A DNA stretch of 64,000 nt from contig CT868363.1 of NCBI GenBank assembly GCA_000165425.1, forward strand, positions 372,001 through 436,000, given 5' to 3'. Position 1 is the first letter of the stretch; every line of letters starts with the position of its first letter. A model generated the notes under the pieces. It was not told where the DNA came from. It saw only the letters and a program-made list of their open reading frames with translations, and searched no databases. The position numbers were made by a program, and so were the translations under genes. Below are positions 41,752 through 54,677 of the stretch, in pieces. Origin of the DNA: Paramecium tetraurelia. Its lineage: Eukaryota.

Positions 41752-42509
41752 ATGAAAAACTTAAGTCTTAAACAATCTAAAAGGCAAAAATATAATTCTG
41801 TTTGTTCAGATGACAGATAAAAAATAATCAAAATGTTTTTAGAAAATGATTATACTGCCATCTAAGTATTGTAACATAATAATACAGATTGCTCAACTTA
41901 CAGGACATAATTTATCAACTATCAAAGCTATTTACAGAATATATAAAAATGAAGGTAGAATTAATAAAAAAGAAAGGCGAGATAGATAAATCAATATTTA
42001 ATAAAATGTGGTTGTATTGATGGTGGATGAAAAGTAATTATTTAATTCTATAATGTAGAACAAGAAAAATGAAAATTATAAGGAAATAATAATTAAAGCA
42101 AGAGTTTATCATGAAGAATACAGAGTATACTTATGAGTCTATTCAGAATACAATTAATTAAACTTTTTAAAATTCGACTGCTGATTTAATTAAACAATTA
42201 GATGGTTTATCATCAAAATAATGCTTTAATTAATTAATTAAAAAAATTTAAATAGAAGGATTAGATATCAAAGATTTTAAGGAGATTTCTGAAATCACAA
42301 ATAAATTTAAAAATAGAATTAAGATTTCATCTTAAATATAATATTTTCAAAATCTTTTTTCTCAATAAGAATCAAATTATTAAGAAAAATAACCCTAACC
42401 TACCCAAAAACTTAATCATTCTCTAAATCATGATATCAATGACCTTAAGAGGATTTTTGAGTTTCAGATTAAAGATTATTTTTTATAATCTAACGATAAT
42501 TTGAAATGA
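41752..42509 (+). CDS. Helix-turn-helix (homeodomain-like/Tc1-type) DNA-binding protein
   Basis: KYNSVCSDDRQKIIKMFLENDYTAIQIAQLTGHNLSTIKAIYRIYKNEGRINKKERR; two small introns; Q-rich C-terminus with no DDE domain seen. Confidence 0.75.
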
Positions 42510-43093
42510 TACAATTTCATTTTTATATAATTCATATTAAATTATTTTAATTTAATATTCATTTCCTCAAAAGGTTGAATATTCAAACAGAAAATTATAT
42601 GAGTTGGAAATAAACACAGCCCCTAAAACCGTTATCATAATCTATAGATCAAGTTGTAGTTTGCCATACTATCCTAATGCCCGAAGATAAGTTATTATTA
42701 ATCCTTTCCATCAACTACATAATAATATCATTTAACCTTATATTTGATTATATATTTAAATATACTAATAAGAGATAAATTATTAATTATTATTTTTAAT
42801 TATCATATAAATATTATTATGATTATTCTTTATTTAATTTGTTTAGCATTTCTACCATCTTTACACCCTTAAGTACATATTCTAGATTTTTCTTCAAATT
42901 TAATTTATTACCTAGCTAATTCAATTAAAGTTTCTTATTGAACACTTGCTTTTAGTAGTCTTAATGGAATATTTTCATTTAATAATTAGGTTTAATAGAT
43001 AGAAGACTTGTTCACCTAAGGAACATCTAATATTTTATGAATTTCATAAAAATTTCAAGTTAATGTACTTATATGTATTATATATTTTATTTA

Positions 43094-43638
43094 TCATTTT
43101 TCAACTTTAAGCTCTCCAGAATTAATTTTTCCAATAATTGCTTTTACTGGTTGTCCATCGACTGTGGCTCCCAAAGATTATGCAGTTCCTAACACTTATT
43201 TGACTGTTCCTGTGAATGTTTTGGCTAATGACTTTTCTTCAACAGCTCTAGCAACCTTAATGACTTATTCAAGTGTTAAATTTCCGTTGTGTTTAACATT
43301 CTTAGTCTTCTTTCTATCTCTCTCATAACCCTAAAGTTTTTAATTTTTTAATTACTCCAATTTCTTTAATGAGTAATGCACTTGAGGTAGGAATGACGGT
43401 AACATCAGCATTTCTATTTTAGCATCTCAAGTTAACCATGACTCTGATACCCTTCCATTTTCCACTTTCAGCAATAATTTTATCACCGACTTATTTTGGA
43501 TTCTTATTAATAAGCAATTAATTTTACAAGACCGAGAGGTCCCAATTTTGGAGCAAGAGTGGATGCTGGACCACCTTCTCCTCCGAAGACTTTGATGTTA
43601 ATCAATCTAACTTCATTTGGGTCAACTTTGGGAGGCAT
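43094..43638 (-). CDS. RPL12: 60S ribosomal protein L12 (uL11)
   Basis: [37 protein letters not shown]...[15 protein letters not shown]...[14 protein letters not shown]; introns 43503-43527 and 43331-43355. Confidence 0.98.
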
Positions 43639-44031
43639 TAAAAAAGATTTAAATTTTTTTTAATTCTTTTTTTTTTAGTTTGAGAAAATAAAGCTAAAGA
43701 ATTTTGGAAACTTTTAAATATCAATGTACTATTTCATGGTCAACCTAGATCACTTAAACCTGTAGAATTCTGCATAAAAGAAAGTATGAAAAAGGTTTTA
43801 TAGTTTGATATTACATTAAGAATTTGATTGTTAATATTTAAGTGCAAACTACAAATACTAATAAATAAGTATTAAAATCAACTATTGGAAATCAGTTATC
43901 ATAACAATAAATGTTTTTAATCAAGAACTATGGTTAGTTTTATAGATTTTAATAGAAATGTGTGAGGAGATTAAATTTATTGTTAAATTTGATTTATAAA
44001 TAAAACATAAAAATATCTTCACAATTAAGTT

Positions 44032-46234
44032 TCATTCCAAGGAGAGATTTTGATATGGGTTTTTAATACCCTGTTAAACCTTTTAGATCATTTGCTCCCT
44101 AAATTGATTTAAAGCATCTCTAACATCTTTACATTTTTTTAATGCAATTTCTTAAATTTTATAAACTAATACATTCCAATAAAGGCATTAGATCTTTAAG
44201 AGCCCTGTCATTTTAGTCACCTGTCCAACTCAGTATGTAAATACCATTTTCTGGCTATAATTAGAAATTCTCTGGCATATTGTCAACTATAATAACTCTT
44301 TCCAAACTTCTACCCAATATTGATAAATCCTTCATTTATTTTATTAAATTACTTTAAGGTAAATATTATCTTTGTAACAAGTGTGTTCTCTATAAAGTCT
44401 TGAAGTCACTACTTTTTACTTATCAATTATATCAATAATGAAATTAGCATAATCCGGTTGAGCGGCAGTAAATATTACCAATTCATAATATTTAGATAAT
44501 TTCTCCAAAAACTCTTCTGCATAAGGTCTAACTAAAAATTAGCCTCCTCCATTAGGAAGCTTAATTTTTAATCTAAAAATACTTCCTAATAATGCACTAG
44601 AGTCTCATCAAGATCTAAAACTAAAGTGTAGTTTTTCAAAGGCTTTTTTGGCAATAACATTTTATTGGTTTTTACATCAAGTTTTGAAGGCTTTTTGCAG
44701 TTCAAATTATTATGGTTTTCATCTTATATAATTTCTTTTGCTATTTAATGGAGGATTTTCTTTTGCTAAACAAAATAGACATCTAAACTGGTTGAATTAA
44801 ATCCTAAATGAGAATATATCTCTGGGTGACTTGTGTCGTCAATTCCTATTATTGATAATTTACTTACATTAATTCTAGAATCGATTTTATTATAAAATTG
44901 TTTTTTTACAGGGTTTGCTTGGCTTTATTTTAAGGTTTCTTTAATTAAATTTATCTCATATCGATTCTTTATTTTAAGGTATCCTGAAATTAAAGAAAGT
45001 ATTACATTTGGAACAAAGTTAAAAATTGATTATAGAGTGTAAAAGTTACTTTGAGTAACATAGACAATGAGATTTCTTAAATTTTAGTCAAAACTTTGTT
45101 AAGTCTTTAAGTATTCAAGTGCTATAATAAGGATTGTGTAAGATTCTAATAGGAATGTATCAATGATATTCATATCTATTTTAGATAAGTATTCGCTCTA
45201 ATAATTATTAAAATGAATACATTTTTTCGATCTAAAAGGGAATTTAAAGATTACTGGATCTACTAACATAGTTAATTTAATTAATTTTAGTTAATATTAT
45301 CTAATGATGTATTCATTTGATTCCATAACTATTCTTTTTCCAGTAATAATTAAAAGACTCTTTCTTAGATAACTTCCTTCTTTACTCCTTAATTAGCATC
45401 TTACGGTTATTTATTTAAAATCTAAGATGAGATACTTTTGATCAATTAGGAATTATTCGATTTTTGTAATTTTTCTGTTTTCTATGCAGGTTTTCTTAAT
45501 AAACTATTATCAATTTTTAATTTAAGCTATTATATTTGATTGAGATATTCAGTTGATGAAATATTTTTATTATTACCATTATTTCCTGATTTTTAAGGAG
45601 TTGTGTTATTGCTATTTCTTTATTATTTTTATTGTTAAGATTACTACTATTATTATTATTATTTTGCTAACTAAGATAAAGTTAAATTATTATGCTTAAT
45701 TTATGGATCAGATTATTTATTTTAAAACATGTAATATAGATTAGATAGATTGCCATTATTTTGATTAGACTCTCGAGTTGATTAAGGGGTGGGGATATTT
45801 TATTTGAAAAAAGTATCGTTAGTTTTGGTTGTTTTATTTAATGGATTCTTATTAACATAACCAGAGGTTGAAGCATTTCTAGAATCTTAAATTAAATTGC
45901 ATTATTACAAATACTATCTCCCCTTGTAGACTTAGTGTCTTATATTTATTTATCTCTAAGACCTTATCCAAATAAAGAAGTTGAAGATTTATTATCGGTT
46001 TATACTAAGTTATTAAGCATTTGTTTAATTTTAGTAACGCTCTCTTAATTTTAATGTAAGTTTAATGTTTTCTCTACAGGAGTGCGATCTACTTTTTAGT
46101 CAAATTTTACTTCTATAATCGCTTAGATCTTTGAAGGAATTCTTAGATTTACATGATATCGTAGAAGTCTCTAAATTATTAGTTATATGAAAGTTTTTGG
46201 GTTTTTTTTACTCATTTTATCGATAAGAAAGCAT
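44032..46234 (-). CDS. SCP/FCP1-like (NIF) HAD phosphatase with long N-terminal low-complexity region; start provisional
   Basis: YTLVLDLDETLVHY (DxDxT motif), VRPYAEEFLEKL, IFTAAQPDYA, LYREHT, KDLSILGR...IIVDN, FQLQPENGI. Confidence 0.9.
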
Positions 46235-47896
46235 ATTTCAAAAGGTTTCCTTTAACAGATTTTAATTAATGAAGTTTAATATTATTGAAGACTTATATTA
46301 GTTTGTTAACAAATTAAAATATATATGAAATCGATAATTAAGGCAATTATTATTCATAATATTTAGTTCGACTTAATAGAAAATTCACATTATAATAATT
46401 GTATATTAGAATAAAAATAAGCAATCAGAATTATTGGATATATTTATAATTTTCAATAGTATTAGAATATGTGCAATCAATAAATATTCATGCCATAATT
46501 AGAATATTTTTATCTTTAATTTTATCAAATTCAGGAATCTTTACTTCACTTGTATTATACGTAGTACCCCAATCTCAATAACATTCCAAGAATAAATAGT
46601 AAATCTTACCAATTTTATAATTGTTTCTCTTCTTTATCGAAATTCGATTTAAATTACAATATAATCATGACTAATAACAATTAGTTTAATTTTATATATC
46701 AAAGCACTTTTATTATTGAAACACGTTAACTAATTGGAATAAAAAGTATTATTATTATAAATTTGCAGTTGATAATTCTCAATTAAAGGTCTTCCATTAC
46801 TTATCCTATTTAATAAATCAACGTTTCTGACATTCAGAAACTCATAAATAAGAATTTGTGTGGTTTTTCTACTTTGATATATATTTCTGAAAACATTTTT
46901 CATCTAGAAATAAATGAAATGTTTAGAAATCGATTTTGAAAATGAATTATACTACCTTTTTACATCAATATATATACTTTCTTGTTTCAAAATACCCTAA
47001 ACCTTGATTAGATCAATCATCTTCATAATAAATAATCCCATAATCATTGGCTTATTCACAAAGCTATAAACTTATAATAAGTGGACATATAGGTCATGTA
47101 CATATAAATTGAGAATATCTTTTTATATATGAAGGAACAGTGGGTATAATAAGAGAAGTCTTTTGCATATTATATTTATAATATTGATTATTTTTTTATA
47201 TGAAATTTGATTATAATTTTATTTATGCTCTATAATCTAATTCATTTAAAACTTCTTAATACAATATGCTCTAAAATTAGATAATTGCTTAAAGTTTAAA
47301 TATTTACAGTGAGTGAAGCTATTTAAATATATCCTTCTTCATGTAGACTATTATATATATAAATAAAATTTATTCGGAAGTATAAAGTGATTTACAAAAT
47401 ACTCCTCTAATTTAATATGCTAATTAGGATCATATGGGTCAACTCTAATACGGAAGTGCAGAATTGAAGAGAATATATGTTTAAAATATACTTTAAAATT
47501 ATAATATTTCTCCCAAATGTTCTAAGAGTCATGGACATTTAAAACATGTACAAAAATAATTGCAATGAAGACTCTCTTTTGGATTGAATAAAGGACTCAA
47601 TGTTAAGTAAGAATGTTGATTTGACGCTATTTGATCATAATGAGATGTTTAAAAGTGAAGACTTTTCTACTGCAAAATATTGTAATGGGAGTAATAACAT
47701 TAATTGTTCAAAAATTATTTATCATAGTGGTTCGTCATCTAATTATTAACCTTAATTAAAAAGAGATGTTTCTAGAAGCGTATAAAATGAGTATCCGATT
47801 ACGTATTATTTGATTTAATAGGAATTCTTATATAAATACGTAATATTTAAGTTCTAAATATAGAAATGAAATCGTCATAAATAAAATTCATTAATT

Positions 47897-49603
47897 ATGG
47901 AGAATCAAACAGTCTAAGCTTAAGAACTTTTATCAAAATGGGGACTTCGCAATGCAACTGTCTATAGAAACCCTAGTGTTCCTCTCATCTATGAGCTCTC
48001 AATGTCTTAACAACAAAGCGAGGATCCAACTGTTAGACCAGATTCCATAAATAACACTGGAGCTTTAGTCGCATACTCAGGCAAGAAATGCGGGTATGAA
48101 ATATTGTTCTATGTTTTAGTCGTGTTCCTAAGGATAAGAGAATCATCAAGGATGAAGTCACAGAAAGAGATGTTTGGTGGGGTGATGTGAACATCGGTTT
48201 GAGCCAAGACTCATATAATGAAGTTGAAAAGATTGCTCTCGAATATTTAAACAACAAGGAGAAAGTAACCATATGATTTTAATAATTTAGTTGTTCATAA
48301 TTGATGGATATGCAGGATGGGATGTTAATTACAGATTAAGAATTAGAGTGTTTTGCACTAGACCTTATCATGCATTGTTCATGAAAAACATGTTGATTAA
48401 ACCAACAGACGAAGAACTCAAGAAAGATTTCAGTGGAGATGTTGACTTTTACATCTTCAATGCTGGTCCATAAACAATTTAGAAACCAATTGAAGGAATC
48501 AAATCAGAAGGATGTGTTGCTGTTAATTTGACTGAGCGTAAGATGGTCATTTTGGGAACTCAATATGCTGGTGAAATGAAGAAGGGAGTCTTTGGAGTCA
48601 CTCATTATTTATTCCCAAAATAAGGAATACTCACATTACACAGTTCTGCCAATGAAGGTGAAAATGGTGATGTCACCTTATTATTTGGATTGAGTGGCAC
48701 AGGAAAAACAACACTTAGTGCTGATCCCAAAAGAAAACTTATTGGTGATGATGAACATGCTTGGTCTGACAATGGCATCTTCAACATTGAAGGAGGTTGC
48801 TATGCTAAATGTGTTGATCTCACTAAGGAGAAAGAACCTGAAATATACAATGCAGTTAGATTTGGAGCTGTCTTGGAGAACATTGAATATTATTCAGAAG
48901 AAACTAGAGAAGTCGATTTCACAAATATTTCAATTACAGAAAACACAAGAGTCAGCTATCCATTAAATTATATTGATGGAGCAAAATTCCCAGCTTAAGG
49001 AAATCATCCAAAGAATATTTTCTTCTTGACATGTGATGCTTATGGTGTTTTACCTCCAGTCTCTATGTTGACACCAGAATAAGCCATGTATCATTTCATT
49101 TCTGGATACACTGCTAAAGTTGCCGGTACTGAAGTTGGTGTCAAGGAGCCATAAGCCACATTTTCAGCTTGCTTTGGAGAAGCATTCTTAGCCCTTCATC
49201 CAACTCTCTATGCTAATATGTTGGCTGAAAAGATCAAGAAATACGATACCAAAGTTTGGTTAATCAACACTGGATGGTCAGGTGGTAAATATGGAGTCGG
49301 ATAAAGAATGTCATTGAAATATACCAGAGGAATCATTGACTTGATCCACGGCGGTGAATTAAAAGATGTAGAGTTTGAAAACTTCCCAATTTTCAATTTT
49401 GCCATCCCCAAATAAGCTAAAAACATTCCAACATAAATCTTGAACCCAAGAAATACATGGAAGTAAAATATTAATTTAATTTTAGAAATCCTGAAGAATT
49501 TGATAAATAAGTTCATGAATTGGCTGAGAAGTTTTAGGTTAACTTCAAAAAATATGAAGATAAGGCTACATAAGAAGTTATCAATGCCGGTCCAAAATTT
49601 TGA
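47897..49603 (+). CDS. PCK1: Phosphoenolpyruvate carboxykinase (ATP)
   Basis: [56 protein letters not shown]; introns 48094-48119, 48265-48290, 49463-49485. Confidence 0.98.
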
Positions 49604-49715
49604 ATATGAAATTTTATTGTTTATGTTTATGAATTTATATATTCAGAATTATTATTCAAATACTCAATTTTAAGAAAACTAGAAATTATATAAAAAATTA
49701 TAGTTATAAAAGAAC

Positions 49716-51783
49716 TCATTTCATATAAAAGGAATCGTAATTCTTTTTGTAAGCATTTCCCAAAACCCTCGAGGGTTAAAATTCATTAGCATAGACTCGC
49801 TTTTAATAATGCAAACTATTTGTACGAGTCTTTCGATACTTTGGACTTAAACATTCAAGTGCTAAATTGCTTAAATCTAAAACTGGAGGAGCGAAGAATT
49901 CTTTATCAACAGATAGCTTTTAAACCTTTAGGCGTAATGACTGATTTCCATTTGATTAAGAAGTTTAATTTACAGGTTATTACTAATGATTTAGGGGTTT
50001 TAATTGTATCTTAAATTTATTTTTTGGTGAAGGAGACTGTTATCTAATTACATTAGTAGTTGATTATTATTATTACTATTATAGTTATGATTATTATGAC
50101 TAATATTGTTATTGTTATTATTATTGTTATTATTATTGTTATTATTACTATTATTATTACGGCTATTGCTTTGGTTTTTGAGTGATGATTTATATTTATT
50201 ATACATTAGATTAAATGATCTCTTCGTTAAGATATTATTTAATTTAAGTCCTTTTTACTCGTTTTCTTCTGAGAGGAGACTTAGTAGGACTTACACTAGT
50301 ATTTGTGGCTGTTGATTACTAGCATTGTTTCTCTAGATGTTATTATTGGGGATCAATATCCTGTATATTGCTATCAATTTCAGATAGATTAGATGTTAAT
50401 TTAGTAGGTTGAGATTAAATCATGACTTAGGGACGAATATTCGATTTTTCTAATCTATCCTTTATTATATAAGATTAATTTGAAAATTTGATTTATTGAT
50501 CTAATTCATTATCTTCTTCATTTGAAGGTGTCTAAATTTATGAATTAGTATTGATAATCCTTATTGCGTCATGTTTATTAAAAGAAGATAATTACTTAAA
50601 AGGCTTCATCAAAGAGGACTGAAAAATAATTTGTTCATTATTATCATTATGTTGATCTAAACTTGGGGTAGGAACAACAGTGGAAATTTTAGTTTTCTGG
50701 GCATCATTCAAAGATTTTTAATAGTCAGCAAATAATTATTCATAATTGTTCATAACATCTTGTTTCTTTTTATTATTTAAATTCTTTGAAATTTGTTGAT
50801 ATAGTTCTCTATTATGCAGCACCTTCTTATAGCCCATCTTACTTAACAACATTAAAAGCGAGATGATATTTTAGAACTTTTGAGATTGCTTCCACTTTTA
50901 AAATTGCTCCTCCATAGTCAGAGGCTCATCACCTCCATTATTAAACCAAGGGTGTAACATCGCCTATGTAGCACTATATCGTTTTGTTGGATTGATTTCA
51001 GTCAATCTTCGAAATAGACTGAATTACTTACTCTAGATTAATTAAATTTTCAATACTCATTCAAAATCTTCTTGCAATTCTCATGCATTGTCAATTGAGA
51101 TTAAGCAATATCGCATCCCTTTTTATAATACGGATGTTCACCGACAAGTAGCTAATACATGATAACTCCAGCAGCCCATACATCTACAGTCTTGTTGTAT
51201 ATCCTATTATTTAATTATTCCGGGGCCATATATATAAGCGTTCCACATTATTTAGTCATCAATGAGGAGTATCCTGTGCTTAATCCAAAATCAGTCACTT
51301 TAACAAAGCTAAGATCGTGAGTAACAAGTATGTTTTCAGGCTTTAAATCCCTATGAGCAATATTGTTATTATGCATATACTGTAATGCATTAAAAATCGA
51401 ATACATTATGTATTTGGCTTATTCTTCAGTACATTTTGTTATTGAACTTAATGAACCTATATTGTAGAACATCTTTACCTCCACTAATAAGTTCCATTTC
51501 GATAAGGATTTTATTTTCAGTCTCATAAACTCCAAAAAATTTAACAATATTGGGATGTTATAATTCTTACTAAATTTGGGCTTCCTGCATTAGTTACGCA
51601 TATTATAGCATTTATTTTTTCTTAATTACCTACAATAAGTTAGGTATTTTGATAACATACTTTCACAGCTACTGTTTATTTTGTGTTTTTGTTAAAAGCT
51701 TTAAGCACGGTTCCGAAAGACCCCTAACCCAACAAACCTTAAAATTCAAACAGATCGAATTCTATATCCATTTGGTCGTTCAT
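49716..51783 (-). CDS. CAMK-group Ser/Thr kinase with poly-Q tail
   Basis: [52 protein letters not shown]; several introns; Q-rich tract at ~50064-50170. Confidence 0.92.
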
Positions 51784-51871
51784 TATTAGATAAATTTAAT
51801 TATGTTGTTTACAAATTTCATTTGATTTAGGAAAATATCTTTCACTCTACTTATATATCCAGAAAACAAAA

Positions 51872-54423
51872 ATGAAACAGGTATTCTGCCTTACTTATTA
51901 TACGTCATAAAAATTTAATAAAATAAAGAGTCTTTAAATAGGAGAGCAGTATTTTAATTATTGTGTTTTCTCAAAATCACACCCATATTATGATCAATTT
52001 ATCAAGTATTTTTCCCATGACAAAAAGTATAAGTAAAATCCTGGCTTAAATCTAAAAAGAATTAAATATTAATTTCGGGTGTCCTAAAACATAAGAGACC
52101 AATATCATAATAATTAATAAAATTAATTGCTAGATCTTCATTTTCAATCAATATGAATAAAAGAATGCAAATTCTAAAAATTGTCTGATAGAATTACCCT
52201 TGAATTTTCTTAGACAATTTTACAAACTGCATGAATTTATTATAAATAAATATTCTATATTATATATATATATTAATTTCAGAAAAAGGGCAAAGATAAT
52301 TTTACAAAAATAAATATCTATATAAAGTATTAACTGATAAATTAATAAAATACAACCCTTTATTTCAAATGATCTTTAAGTAGTTGCCAAAATCAAATAA
52401 AAAACAACTTTATAAATTAAAAGTAAAAGACAAAAGAAAGAAAAGTCCAATTACTATATGAGAGTATTATGACGATAAGAAATGTGAATAGTAAAAACTA
52501 AAGAAGTATTATTATAAAGTCTTTTAACATAATAAAAGATTTGATTGTTTAAACAGATAAATGGAATCAAAAAAGTTGTGCTCAGTTTATAAGTGACTAT
52601 AAACTCTTTTATAATGAGTCATGAAATTCTAATTTATTAAACATTTTATAAGTTGAATTCAGTAATCAATAAATTTACTCAAATAGAAATAGAATAGATA
52701 TATAACTTATCTATTTTTAGTTAGATAAATAAGAGTGAAGTAATTATAAAGAAGATTAATACAGTTCTGATTTTGCGGTAAAAATGGCTCTATTTTGTCG
52801 TAAATTAATTATTCTTATTAAAAGTAAACAAGATATATATAATTATATTGCTTATCAGTCAGTTTTCAATTAAATAAGAAATGCTGCTAAATGTCTTAGA
52901 ATCATTCGACCAATGCTAAATAATTGGATCCGTTTTTAGATTTGATAAGATATAAGCATATTTTACTCTATGAAATAACATATTATAAAGATAAAATTTA
53001 ATACTAATGAAATATAAATCAGTAAGAAATGTAACTAAAGAATTTACAGCAATAATTGATATCTATCGAAAGAAATCAGGAGATGTGACATATATCTATT
53101 CAATAATCTAAGAAATATATATTAGTAATGTTCTCTATGATTTGGTCATGAAATGTTTCATCTGAGATGGATATAGTAATGAACAAAATATAAGTGTAAA
53201 AATATAAAAATAAATGAATATAATCGATGAAATTCTTACCATAGGAAATGACCTTTCTGGACCTTAAATATTTGCTATATGTATGAAATGGTAACTAATA
53301 TGATTAAAGTTAAGGTATGAATAGTTTCAGGATGATTTGTATAATTGCAATCCAAATTTTTCTAAGATCGACAACTATTCCCTTTGGTATATGTTTATTT
53401 CAATAGCTATAGCATATGCTAAGAAGAACAAGTACAAATAAATAGTATATTGAATAATGTTAAGAGAGAGTTCAACATGCAACATATAAAACCAATAATT
53501 ATACAATAAAACTCATTAGAGTAAATTCTAAAAGTTGATAAGCGCAATTAAGCTCATTACGTAAGTAAAGCTTTATGGGAATACCTGTAGGAGCAAATGA
53601 AAGGAGGTAAACAAAATGAATATGGTGAAATTTAGGTCCATGCATTCCATTATACACAATGACTAAATAGGAATCCTATTTGGCACGAACTATGTTTGCA
53701 AACCTTAAATTTATGACGAATAATGATATTGACGACTTGATGCCTAATTTAGTAGTTCCAGTTGATATGACTTAGATTGAGTTACTTATTTAAAAAGAAG
53801 ATGATTCTCTCATTTATTTAACCAAAGTTGTGCCTTTGGCATTTACAATAGAATAATTAATAACTAAAATAATCACACCCCTTTTCGACATTTCAAATCT
53901 CATGTGTTACAATTACTATTTAAAGAAATTTCTAAGCAATAACAATTCAACATTTATCTGTGAATTATAAAAAAAATCCCTTTGGTTTCTCAAGAGTTCA
54001 ATGACAATTTCAACAGGAGGAATAGCATTTAATGAGAACTTGGATGAAGCCTAAATGAGAGAGGACTTCCAAAGTCTTAAAACAGGTTCTACTGAATCTA
54101 CCACAGAATCTAGAATATCACTTTCAATAGACAATAGCCAATCATAGATTAGCCCTCTTCATAAATTCGACAATGAAGGGAATCACATTAATCTAAGTAA
54201 TGAAATTCAAATTATGTTAGTGCTAAGAGATTTGGATGATTTCAAGAATGAAATTAGTACTGTACTTAAATAAAATAAAAATTAACAATTAGTTCTCTTA
54301 AAATTTGAATAGGCAATGGAAAACATCAATTAAATTATACAATCGATAGAATAAGAGAATTGTTTCAAAAAGGAATAATAAGAAGAAGGAACTAATGATG
54401 AACTTATCGAATAAGATATTTGA
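51872..54423 (+). CDS. Hypothetical multidomain protein; 5' exon structure uncertain
   Basis: Long TGA-free frames joined by small GT..AG introns, ending ...DELIEQDI-TGA. No family recognised with confidence. Confidence 0.55.
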
Positions 54424-54677
54424 TTTCATAATAAATTACACATTTTCAAGTTCAATTAAATCACAATTGAACATTTATTCTAAAGCTCTCTTAAATTAAT
54501 ATTTAATCAACAATACTTTAAGAAATACATTAGTGTCTTTTTCTTTGTCTTTACATAATTTTTATAATCATAAGCATACTCTAATGTTATGATTATCGTG
54601 CCCAATATAAAGATGCAAATTTTTGAGTAAAAATAACCTTACCTATATTAAAACATATTTTATTAATTTAATTAAAG

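Noticed and set aside
42560..43050. Possible small gene or remnant on the minus strand (LLKASVQQETLIELAR...)
   Set aside because: I could not build a consistent start, splice and stop model.
50106..50315. Poly-Leu ORF on the + strand
   Set aside because: It is the reverse complement of the kinase's TAA/CAA poly-Q tract.
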